Shown here in pieces: positions 9,464-18,400 of a DNA stretch of 29,845 nucleotides (positions within the stretch are counted from its first letter, which is position 1; each line of letters begins with the position of its first letter). This DNA is from a virus (taxonomy: Duplodnaviria > Caudoviricetes). Location: the IMG/VR virus record IMGVR_UViG_3300032225_000625, positions 1-29,845 of that record. One strand, 5' to 3'. A model generated the notes under the pieces. That model saw only the letters and a list, made by a program, of their open reading frames with translations. It had not been told where the DNA came from and did no database searches. The translations under genes and the position numbers were made by a program.

Positions 9464-11467
9464 ATGGCCCAGGCAGGTTACACCCCCATCAAGCTCTACT
9501 CAAGCTCTACGGCGAGTGCCGCGCCATCATCATCCAACCTGGCTGCTGGCGAGCTGGCCATCAACACCAATGACGGCAAGCTGTTCTATAAAGACTCTGG
9601 TGGCACGGTGCAAGTAATTGCATCCAAAGCGGGGAACGTCAACGTGGCATCCTTCAGCGGGGGTACTACGGGGCTGACACCAAACACCGCCGCCACGGGC
9701 GCGGTAACCCTTGCGGGAACACTTGGCATTGCCAACGGTGGCACAAACAGCACAGCAACTCCTACCAACGGTGGTGTTGGCTACGGTACAGGGACTGCGC
9801 ACGCATATTCAGCGGCAGGCACGTCCGGCCAAGTTCTGATCAGCGCGGGTGCAGCGGCCCCAACATGGAGCGCAGTAACGGGCTCAGGCTCGGTGGTGTT
9901 GGCAACAAGCCCAACATTAGTAACCCCTGCACTGGGCACTCCTAGCGCATTGGTCGGAACCAATATTACTGGCACTGCTGCGGGCTTAACCGCCGGTAAT
10001 GTCACGACCAACGCCAATTTAACTGGGGCAGTAACGAGCACTGGTAACGCCACCTCGCTTGGGTCATTTAGTTCTGCACAACTTCGTACCGCATTAACAG
10101 ACGAGACCGGTACGGGATCGGCGGTATTTGCCACAAGCCCAACACTGGTGACCCCCGCATTGGGCACCCCAGCAAGCGGCGTGGTGACCAACCTGACCGG
10201 CACGGCCTCCATCAACATCAACGGCACCGTGGGGGCTACAACGGCCAACTCGGGCGCATTCACCACGCTGAGCTCTACCAGCGACGCGACTATTAACAGT
10301 CTGACTGTTGGGCGGGGCGCAGGTGCAATTTCCACGTCAACAGCTTTAGGAGCTACCGCGCTATCCACTAATTCAACAGGTGCTTTTAATACTGCAATTG
10401 GAAATTTTGCACTGTACTCAAATACAACCGCAAGCAACAATACCGCTGTCGGTTCTACGGCGATGTATACAAACTCAACGGGTGCCAGCAATGTTGCTAC
10501 GGGAGCTAGTTCGTTATATGCCAATACGACTGGTAGCTTTAACACCGCCGGTGGTGTTTTAGCTCTACGCAGCAACACCACCGGCAGTAACAATACTGCA
10601 CTGGGCGAAGAAGCACTACAAGCCAATACGACTGCCGATAACAATACCGCTGTTGGCTTCCAAGCATCTTACACCAACCAAACAGGCACCGGTACTACCG
10701 CAATTGGCTATCAAGCTTTGGCTTTAAATACCGCTAACTATCATACGGCAATTGGCGCAAGTGCGCTTGGTTCAAATACTACTGGAACAAGTAATACTGC
10801 GATAGGAACTGGTGCCGCAAGCAGTAGTGTTAGTGGCTCTTATAACATTGCTATAGGTAGAGACGCATATCAAACAACCGCTGGTAGCGGAAATTACAAT
10901 ATTTGCATTGGGCATCAAGCAGGCGTTAGCTTTACCTCTGGCAACAATAACGTAATTCTCGGTGCCTACTCAGGCAATGCCGTTACCTCTGGCAACAATA
11001 ACGTAATTCTCGGTGCCTACTCAGGCAATGCTGCGCCCATCTCCAACACCGGCAGCAACTGGATCGTTCTAAGCGATGGCGCGGGTAATGTGCGCCAAGC
11101 AATGGACTCAACGTCTGTTCAGTTTCTTACTGGTGCAGTAGTTACATACTCCCCCGCGCCAGCAGCAACAATCAGCGCGGCCACAACGCTAACTAATGCT
11201 CAACTGCTACCCCAGATTGTGGTTACTTCTGGCACTACCTTTACGTTGACGTTGCCTTTAGGCACCACCTTAGAAACATTGATAGCTTGGGCAGGGGTTG
11301 ATATTGGTTTTGAGTTTTCAATAACAAATACCGCGTCTGGCGCAATCACCCTAGCCGCCAATACCGGGGTAACAATCGTGGGTGGAACGGGTACGTCCAC
11401 AGGTAGTTCAACCCGATACCGTATCCGTCGTACTGCAGCCAACACCTTTATTGTGTACCGCGTTTAA
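9464..11467 (+). CDS. Tail fibre protein with Mtd-N-like N-terminus and YadA/Hep_Hag-like beta-roll repeats (667 aa)
   Basis: AAGGA SD; L..GELAINT.DGKLFYKD N-terminal motif; ATSPTLVTPALGTP x2; more than 10 repeats of about 17 aa of the form NTA(I/V/L)G..AL..NTTG. Confidence 0.8.
   Translation: MAQAGYTPIKLYSSSTASAAPSSSNLAAGELAINTNDGKLFYKDSGGTVQVIASKAGNVNVASFSGGTTGLTPNTAATGAVTLAGTLGIANGGTNSTATPTNGGVGYGTGTAHAYSAAGTSGQVLISAGAAAPTWSAVTGSGSVVLATSPTLVTPALGTPSALVGTNITGTAAGLTAGNVTTNANLTGAVTSTGNATSLGSFSSAQLRTALTDETGTGSAVFATSPTLVTPALGTPASGVVTNLTGTASININGTVGATTANSGAFTTLSSTSDATINSLTVGRGAGAISTSTALGATALSTNSTGAFNTAIGNFALYSNTTASNNTAVGSTAMYTNSTGASNVATGASSLYANTTGSFNTAGGVLALRSNTTGSNNTALGEEALQANTTADNNTAVGFQASYTNQTGTGTTAIGYQALALNTANYHTAIGASALGSNTTGTSNTAIGTGAASSSVSGSYNIAIGRDAYQTTAGSGNYNICIGHQAGVSFTSGNNNVILGAYSGNAVTSGNNNVILGAYSGNAAPISNTGSNWIVLSDGAGNVRQAMDSTSVQFLTGAVVTYSPAPAATISAATTLTNAQLLPQIVVTSGTTFTLTLPLGTTLETLIAWAGVDIGFEFSITNTASGAITLAANTGVTIVGGTGTSTGSSTRYRIRRTAANTFIVYRV
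10932..11031 (+). repeat. Perfect 49-bp direct repeat, period 51 bp
   Basis: TTACCTCTGGCAACAATAACGTAATTCTCGGTGCCTACTCAGGCAATGC at 10932-10980 and 10983-11031, encoding TSGNNNVILGAYSGNA twice. Confidence 0.95.
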
Positions 11468-11476
11468 GGTGTAACC

Positions 11477-11944
11477 ATGATCGACCCCTTTACCGCTTTC
11501 GCTGCAGCCCAAGCGGCCATCAAAGGGGTGCAAGCCGCCATTAAGATGGGCAAAGACATCGGGGCTATCTCCGGTGACCTGATGAAGTTTTTCGAGGCGA
11601 AGGATGTGGTGGCCAAGGCCGCTACCAAGCCGGGTAAATCGGACACCGCGCAGGCCATTGAGATCGTCATGAAGGCCAAGCAGCTACAGGATGCCGAGAA
11701 CGAGTTGAAGCAGATGCTGATCTGGTCAGGCAACGCCGACACTTGGGAAGCCATACTGCGCGAGCGCAACAAGATTGTACATGACCGCAAGGCGCAGGAG
11801 AACGCGATGGACAAGGTAAAAGCGAAGCGCAGAAAAGAGATCGAGGAAGTGGTGGAGATGGTGCTGTTGGTTGCCCTTGCCGCCATAGTCGTTACCTTAG
11901 TTGCATGGGGCACTATGGAATATGTTGACTTCATGAGGAAATAA
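11477..11944 (+). CDS. Membrane-anchored coiled-coil protein (155 aa), lysis region
   Basis: AAGGTG SD; helical body and a C-terminal hydrophobic segment VLLVALAAIVVTLVAWG. Confidence 0.7.
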   Translation: MIDPFTAFAAAQAAIKGVQAAIKMGKDIGAISGDLMKFFEAKDVVAKAATKPGKSDTAQAIEIVMKAKQLQDAENELKQMLIWSGNADTWEAILRERNKIVHDRKAQENAMDKVKAKRRKEIEEVVEMVLLVALAAIVVTLVAWGTMEYVDFMRK

Positions 11945-11945
11945 A

Positions 11946-12440
11946 ATGGATGAATTACTCACGCTCCTAAAAGGTATTGCACCTGCCGTCGCTACTGCTG
12001 TCGGTGGCCCCCTTGGTGGTCTTGCTGTTACCGCTCTTGCCAATAAGTTTGGTGTGGCTGATGACGTTCAAGCCGTGGCGAAGGCCATCGCAGGAGACCC
12101 AGAAGCGGCGTCCAAACTGGCTGAGCTAGACCTGCGCCAGTTTGAATTGGAGAATGCCGACCGCAACTCCGCACGCCACATGCAGGAGACTGCCCTCGAT
12201 CAAGACGACAAGTTTGCCAAGCACTTCATCTACTGGTTCGCGTGGTTCTGGAGCGTTGGCTCTATGGCCTACTTCTTCGCCATCACCTTTGGTCAAGTGC
12301 CAGCAAGCGGCAAGGATTTCGGAAACATCATCTTGGGCTTCCTGCTGGGCACCGCCGTGGCCACCATCATCAGCTTCTTCTACGGTAGCTCCAAGTCTAG
12401 CAAAGACAAGACCGACGCAATGAAGGAAGCGATTAAATGA
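11946..12440 (+). CDS. Putative holin (164 aa)
   Basis: GAGGA SD; N-terminal APAVATAVGGPLGG, D..SAR motif, two C-terminal TM segments and FFYGSS with a charged tail; lies upstream of the endolysin. Confidence 0.6.
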   Translation: MDELLTLLKGIAPAVATAVGGPLGGLAVTALANKFGVADDVQAVAKAIAGDPEAASKLAELDLRQFELENADRNSARHMQETALDQDDKFAKHFIYWFAWFWSVGSMAYFFAITFGQVPASGKDFGNIILGFLLGTAVATIISFFYGSSKSSKDKTDAMKEAIK

Positions 12441-12453
12441 AAGCGGACTAACC

Positions 12454-12459
12454 TATAAT
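12454..12459 (+). promoter_or_regulatory. Candidate -10 box for a leaderless HNH transcript
   Basis: Perfect TATAAT 6 nt upstream of ATG 12466; no clear -35. Confidence 0.4.
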
Positions 12460-12465
12460 AGTGGG

Positions 12466-12897
12466 ATGACTAAATGTAGCATGCCAAATTGTCCTCACGA
12501 AGCTATTGCCAAAGGTTTTTGCAATGCTCATTACATTAGACAGCGGCGCGGAAAAAATATGGACATTCCGGTGCAACAGTACAACAAAGAAAAAATTTGC
12601 ATAGAATGTGGAAAACCTACAAATGGTAAAGGTGGTTTTTTAAAATGCCAAAAGCATTATACCTTACATAAGCGTAAAGAGTTAAAGGACAGATTGATTA
12701 AGCAATTGGGTGGAAAATGTGCAATGTGTCAAGGAATTTTTCCTCCGTCTGTTTTTGATTTTCATCACTTGCAAAATAAAGTAGAAGACATTTCATCCAT
12801 GTTTTTAAACCGAACAGAATCCGCAATAGTTAAAGAACTGGAAAATTGCATTTTGTTATGTGCTAATTGCCATCGAATACACCATCATGAAAAATAA
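12466..12897 (+). CDS. Free-standing HNH endonuclease with N-terminal Zn-finger-like repeats
   Basis: CxxC...FDFHH...CILLCANCHRIHH HNH core; two C..C..C..HY units; visibly AT-rich relative to its flanks. Confidence 0.85.
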   Translation: MTKCSMPNCPHEAIAKGFCNAHYIRQRRGKNMDIPVQQYNKEKICIECGKPTNGKGGFLKCQKHYTLHKRKELKDRLIKQLGGKCAMCQGIFPPSVFDFHHLQNKVEDISSMFLNRTESAIVKELENCILLCANCHRIHHHEK

Positions 12898-13396
12898 TTT
12901 TGACGCTGCGCTGGCCCACGTACTTGCCTCGGAAGGGGGTTTTAGTAACCATAAACTTGACCCCGGCGGTATGACCAACCTCGGCTGCACCAAGGCGGTC
13001 TGGGAGGAGTACGTTGGCCACCCAGTGTCGGAGGCCGATATGCGCGCCCTGACACCCGCTTTGGTGGCGCCACTGTACAAGCGCAAGTATTGGGACAAAG
13101 TGGCGGGTGATTCGCTTCCTTCTGGTTTGGACTACGCGGTATTCGACGCAGCCATCAACAGCGGTCCTGGGCGTGCGGCCAAGTGGCTGCAGGAATTGGT
13201 GGGTGTTACCGCCGACGGGGCGATCGGCCCCGGCACCCTGGCCGCAGTGGGCAAGATTCCTGCCCAAAACCTGATCGCGCAGTACAATGACAAGCGCCTA
13301 CAGTTCCTTGAAAGCCTCCCAACTTGGGGGGATTTTGGCAAGGGATGGGGTAACCGAGTGGCGCATGTGCAGTCCGCCGCTTCACAATTAGCATGA
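12887..13396 (+). CDS. Endolysin, glycoside hydrolase family 108 (ZliS-like) with peptidoglycan-binding region (169 aa)
   Basis: EGGF.NH..DPGGMTNLG, YWD, FDAAINSG, LQ..VGV.ADG.IGP.T and FGKGW.NR; ATG at 12887 preferred. Confidence 0.9.
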   Translation: MKNNFDAALAHVLASEGGFSNHKLDPGGMTNLGCTKAVWEEYVGHPVSEADMRALTPALVAPLYKRKYWDKVAGDSLPSGLDYAVFDAAINSGPGRAAKWLQELVGVTADGAIGPGTLAAVGKIPAQNLIAQYNDKRLQFLESLPTWGDFGKGWGNRVAHVQSAASQLA

Positions 13397-13404
13397 GGCC
13401 GTTT

Positions 13405-13626
13405 ATGGATACCCAGTCGATCATTAACTCCGCACTTGGCCTTATCGCATTTTTGGGCGGGTGGGTGTTGAACAACATCACTCGAACCATGGACCGCCTT
13501 GACTTAGAAACGCGCGGCATGCAACGCGACTACGTCACCAAGAACGATTACCACCGAGACATCGACGAGATCAAGGCCATCTGCAAGCAGATTTTTGACA
13601 AACTTGATGCCAAGGCCGACAAATGA
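13405..13626 (+). CDS. Small single-TM protein (73 aa)
   Basis: GAGG SD upstream of ATG 13405 (alternative start 13393); N-terminal hydrophobic helix followed by a coiled coil. Confidence 0.7.
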   Translation: MDTQSIINSALGLIAFLGGWVLNNITRTMDRLDLETRGMQRDYVTKNDYHRDIDEIKAICKQIFDKLDAKADK

Positions 13627-14264
13627 CTACACCTGCCGCCGTCCAAACTTACGACAACCTTACTTCTACGGTGCTTCAATACCTGGAGCGTAGTGACGCG
13701 GCGGTGGTCAATTTCATCCCCACGGCCATCATGCTGGCCGAGTACGAGATCGCGCAGGACATAAAGACCTTGGGCCAGATGCTGGTGGCTGATGGCGCCA
13801 TGACGATCAACAACCCCGTGATCGCCAAGCCCGCGCGCTGGCGCAAGACGGTGTCAATGACCCTGACCACCACGGCGGGCCAGAAGCAGCCGATCTACCT
13901 GCGCAAGTTGGAGTACCTGAACAACTACGCCCCCGACGTCACCGCAACGGGCACGCCGCTCTACTACGCCGACTACGACGCCGATCACTGGTTTGTGGCA
14001 CCCACGCCTAGCGCCAACTTTGCGTTTGAGACGCTGGTGTACACCCGACTGCAGCCGCTGGCCTCCGACAACCAGACCAACTGGCTGACCCAGAACGCCC
14101 CCAACGCCATGCTGTACGGCACGCTGAAGCAGACTGCACCGTTCCTGAAGGACGACGCCCGTCTGCAGGTGTGGAATGGCCTGTTCGACGCCGCTATGGC
14201 CGCGCTGAAGGCCGAGGATCAGCTTCGTATTGGTGACCGCCAAGCCATCGCACAGGACTCTTAA
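13623..14264 (+). CDS. Putative head-tail adaptor protein (213 aa)
   Basis: TY..L...V..YLER, I.LAE, G.P.YYA, VAPTP, TNWLT.NAP..LYG.L and PFLK.D.R pattern of podovirus adaptor-like proteins; ATGA overlap. Confidence 0.6.
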   Translation: MTTPAAVQTYDNLTSTVLQYLERSDAAVVNFIPTAIMLAEYEIAQDIKTLGQMLVADGAMTINNPVIAKPARWRKTVSMTLTTTAGQKQPIYLRKLEYLNNYAPDVTATGTPLYYADYDADHWFVAPTPSANFAFETLVYTRLQPLASDNQTNWLTQNAPNAMLYGTLKQTAPFLKDDARLQVWNGLFDAAMAALKAEDQLRIGDRQAIAQDS

Positions 14265-14266
14265 CT

Positions 14267-15490
14267 ATGCCCTCATACACCAACCCCTTCTCCGGCCAGA
14301 CCATCAACCCCGCCTCGGTGAGCTATGAGGCGTTGTCGATCAGCGTCAACACCGAGTTGCAGTGGCCGGTAAACGGCAACACCAACACGCCGGTGAGCAG
14401 CATCATTGATGTGACGGCCACCACGACTGGGTTGCTGCTGAAGATGCCGCCCGCGCAGCAGGTGTCGACCGGCCAATCCGCGTTGATCCGCAACGTGGGA
14501 ACCAACACCTTCACGGTGACCGACAACTCGGGCAACACCATCGTGGCTGTGACCTCGGGCGTCTCGCAGTTCATCTTTGTGACCGACAACACCACGGTCA
14601 ATGGGGTGTGGTCATCGGTGGTGTTCGGTGCGGGCACGTCGTCGGCGAACGCCGCCGCGCTGGCGGGGTATGGCCTTGCGGCGTCGGGGTTAACCCTGAA
14701 CCAGGTGTACCCCGTCTTCTCGTACGGCTCAAGCACCACCCTCACGGCGGCCAACAGCGCTGACCTGAGCGTGTGGACAGGCGGCGTCGGGACACTGACG
14801 CTACCTTCTGCCGTTACCGTGGGCACGGGCTGGTTCATCACCATCAAGAACAATGGCACGGGGATACTCACGCTTACCCCGGCAGGTGCTGAGACGATCG
14901 ACGGGAACGCCAGCCAGCAGCTCCAGTTAGCCGAGTCAATTAGCCTTGTGTCTAACGGCACGAACTGGAGCAGCTTCGGTATCGGGCGGTCCAATACCTT
15001 CGCCTACACCCAGCTCGCATTGTCGGTGACCGGCGGCACGCGCACGCTGTCCTCCGTGGAGGCGGCTAACACGATCCAAGTGTACTCGGGGGCGCTTACC
15101 AGCAACGAGATCATAGTGGTGCCGTCTACCGTGCAGCTCTACACGTTCACCAACAACACCACGGGCAGCTCGTACTCGTTTACCGTGAAGACTGCCGCCA
15201 GTGGCGGCGCGGTAGTGACAATACAGCAAGGAACCTCGCTGGTGCTCATTTGTGATGGAACGAATGTCTACAACGCGGCGTCGGGTTCTACGAGCAACAT
15301 CGGGTCTTTGACGGTGGGCGACGGCTCGTTAGCCACGCCGTCGATCAAATTCAATTCGGATCCCAACACAGGTATCTACTTGAGCACTGTGCCAGGTGCA
15401 TTAGGCTTTGTGGTCGCAAATGCTTTGGCGGGGTACTTCAATTCCACGGGGCTTACTGTCACCAACGGTATCAGCGGGGGCACGTTCTAA
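14267..15490 (+). CDS. Virion tail protein (407 aa)
   Basis: Thr/Ser-rich beta protein with repeated L.LP.A..V.TG...I(K/R)N.G modules; lies between the adaptor and hub genes. Confidence 0.65.
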   Translation: MPSYTNPFSGQTINPASVSYEALSISVNTELQWPVNGNTNTPVSSIIDVTATTTGLLLKMPPAQQVSTGQSALIRNVGTNTFTVTDNSGNTIVAVTSGVSQFIFVTDNTTVNGVWSSVVFGAGTSSANAAALAGYGLAASGLTLNQVYPVFSYGSSTTLTAANSADLSVWTGGVGTLTLPSAVTVGTGWFITIKNNGTGILTLTPAGAETIDGNASQQLQLAESISLVSNGTNWSSFGIGRSNTFAYTQLALSVTGGTRTLSSVEAANTIQVYSGALTSNEIIVVPSTVQLYTFTNNTTGSSYSFTVKTAASGGAVVTIQQGTSLVLICDGTNVYNAASGSTSNIGSLTVGDGSLATPSIKFNSDPNTGIYLSTVPGALGFVVANALAGYFNSTGLTVTNGISGGTF

Positions 15491-18400
15491 TGACCCAAAA
15501 AGTCATAGCCATGGAGATCCCTCCGGGGATACAGCGGGACGGAACCCAGTTTGATGCCCCCTGCTACACCGACGGCAGGTGGGTACGGTTCCAGCGCACG
15601 CGGCCTCGCAAGATTGGTGGCTATGACGCGGTATTCTTGAACGCCTCGGGTATCTCCCGTGGCATGGCCATGAGCACCGTCAACGGCTTTAATTACGTGG
15701 TATCGGGCTACAGCGGTGGCTTGCAACAGTGGATCACCAGCCCAGTGGGCGGCGTTGGCTCGGGCCCGTACACGTACACCCTGAGCAACTTCACCTCAAG
15801 CGTCTACAACCTGTGGCAGTTTGACATTGCCTACGATTCCACCGGCAACAACACAAACAACCTGGTGGCGCACCCTGGGCAGAACTTGTCCTTCATGACG
15901 TCTTCTACGGCAACGCCCGTGCTGTACGGCACGTTTCCAACTAATGCCGATGGCACCCGCACGATGTCAAAGGTGGGCGTGTTCACGGCAAACGCCAACA
16001 CCACGAATGGCAGCGCCGCAGTCACGCTGACAGCGGCAAACGTGCGCGTGGGCGCGGGGCAAGCGGTGACTGGTACGGGCATCCCCGCTTCCACCACGGT
16101 GTCATCAGTGGTGGGCAACACCATCACGCTGTCCAACGCGGCCACGGCCTCCACTACCGCGCCCTTGTCAGGCGTGACCTTGACCGGTACGGCGGGGCAG
16201 TTCTCCAACACGGCCACCACAGGCCTTGCCATCGGGCAGTTAATCAACATCAGCGGATCAACCACGGCTACAGCCTTGAGCGGCCTGTACGCCACCAACG
16301 CTTCGGGCCGCTTTAACTACAGCGGAACCGCGCTCTCGGTGGGAACTCCCATCACAATAAGCGGCTCCGCGACCAACACCGCCTTGAGCAGTTCCTACGC
16401 CATAAGCACCGCGGGGGGATTCTCTTGCGCGGCGTCGGCCACCCCGCTCAGTGTCGGGCAGCAGGTAATTGTCAGCGGAACCGCTACCGACACCGTGCTT
16501 GGCACGGTTTATTGTACAAACACCACCGCCAACTTCACCTGCACCAGCGCCACGCCTTTGGTAATCGGCCAGATAGTCACGGTAAGCGGCGCGACCACGG
16601 CAACCAGTCTGACCAACGTCTACACCACGGGGCTGGCCGGGACTTTCTCCTGCACCAGCACCGGTACCCTTGCGGTCGGGCAAACAGTAACGGTGAGCGG
16701 TACGGCTGCGGCTACCGCATTGAGCAATGTGTACTCCACTGGGGCGGCGGGCACATTTGTTTGCAGTAACTCAAGCACCACCCTGCAAGTCGGGCAGACC
16801 GTCACCATAAGTGGGTCAACCAGCACCACAGCGCTGTCCAGCGTGGTGATCACGGGTACGGCGGGTACCTTTCAGTGCGCAGCCTCACCGGTTACTTTGT
16901 ACGTTGGGCAGCCTGTTGTCATCAGCGGCACGTTTGGCGGCACGGGAAGCATCACAGGGTACTCCTCACCAACAACGTATTACATCATCACAACCAACGG
17001 CACCACCACGTTCACGCTGTCAACCAGCTTGGGTGGAGCTGCGGTCACCACGGTGGCCGGTACGCCAACGGGCGTGACATACACCCTGAGCGCTGCGACC
17101 ATCAGCGGGTACTCTACCCCTACGACGTACTACATCATCGCCACGAACGGGGTGAACACCCTGACGCTGTCAACCACCTCAGGCGGCGCGGCGGTGACGA
17201 GCACGGTGGGCGCCACCACGGGCTGGACCGTCAATGCCAATGCCTTGGCCATAACTGGGTACTCTACCCCGACCACCTACTACATAACCGCTACCAACGG
17301 CTCCTCCACGTTCACGCTGTCCACCACATCGGGCGGCGCTGCGGTGACCACTACCATCGGTGCAGGCACGGGGCTGACGTTAAACGCCAACGCGCTATCA
17401 ATAACGGGGTACTCTACCCCCACCAATTACTTTGTGATCGCCACCAACGGCTCGTCCACGTTCCAGCTATCTACCTCCGCAGGCGGTGCCGCTGTGACGA
17501 CGACCGCTGGGCCGAGCACTGGCCTGACCTTCACGGCCAAGGCCTCAAACATTGCGGCTGCCACGTACTACATCATCGCTACCAACGGCGGCACCACGTT
17601 CACGTTGTCCACAACGCCCACGGGCAGCGGCGTCACCACCACCATTGGGCCGACTACCGGCCTGTCGGTGACCGCGCAGGCCACGGTCATTACGGGCTAC
17701 ACCAGCCCCAAGGTGTACTACGTGATAGCCACGGACAGCGCCTCGTACTTCCAACTGTCCGCCACCAGCGGGGGCGCGGCCATCACAAGCACAGTCGGGC
17801 CGGTGACAGGCTTGTCGTTCTCCATAAACACCCCTTCCGCCCTGAGCGGGGTGGCAATAACGGGCACCGCCGGGCAGTTTTCTTGCAGCGCGTCGCCTGC
17901 GCTACTTCAGGTCGGCCAGCCGGTAGTCATCAGCGGCGCCTTTGGTGGGACGGGATCCATAACGGGGTACTTGAACCCCACTACGTATTACATCATCACC
18001 ACCAACGGCACGACCACGTTTACTCTATCGGCCACGCTGGGCGGCTCGGCCATCACCACCACGGCGGGGACACCCACGGGCCTGTCCTACACCCTATCGG
18101 GCGCGGTAATAACGGGGTACCCTGGGACATCAAGCTACTACATCATTGCCACCGACGGCACGTCCACGTTCCAGATCTCTGCTACATCGGGCGGCACGCC
18201 GCTGGTGACGGCCATAGGCACCACGACCAGCCTGACGTTCACCGTGTCCAATCCGGTCGCGTTGACCTTTGACAACAACATCTCAGTGTCCGGCGGGTGC
18301 GTGATACTGCACCCGTACCTGTTCGTGTACGGCGACAACGGGCTGATCCAGAACTCCAGCGCGGGCGACTTCTCAAACTGGGTGTCCGCCGACGCCAACT

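Noticed and set aside
9781-10644. Long antisense ORFs (also 14323-14994, 18586-19497, 21187-21903, 26391-27104)
   Set aside because: They are antisense shadows of GC-rich, codon-biased genes with no recognisable motifs.
9464-11467. Possible diversity-generating retroelement target (Mtd-like N-terminus)
   Set aside because: There is no reverse transcriptase in the window, and I saw no TR/VR pair differing at adenines. The only close repeat is an identical tandem copy.
12441-12897. Group I intron interrupting the endolysin
   Set aside because: Only about 25 nt of non-coding flank is present, too little for a ribozyme core, and the endolysin is intact downstream.
16951-17700. CRISPR-like 150-bp periodicity
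   Set aside because: The repeats are in-frame, degenerate at third codon positions and lack a repeat-spacer structure. They are protein repeats.
16875-18272. 465-aa His/Arg-rich overlapping ORF on +
   Set aside because: It is a shifted-frame shadow of the Thr/Gly-rich repeat codons (runs of ACC read as CAC). It has no SD or motif of its own.
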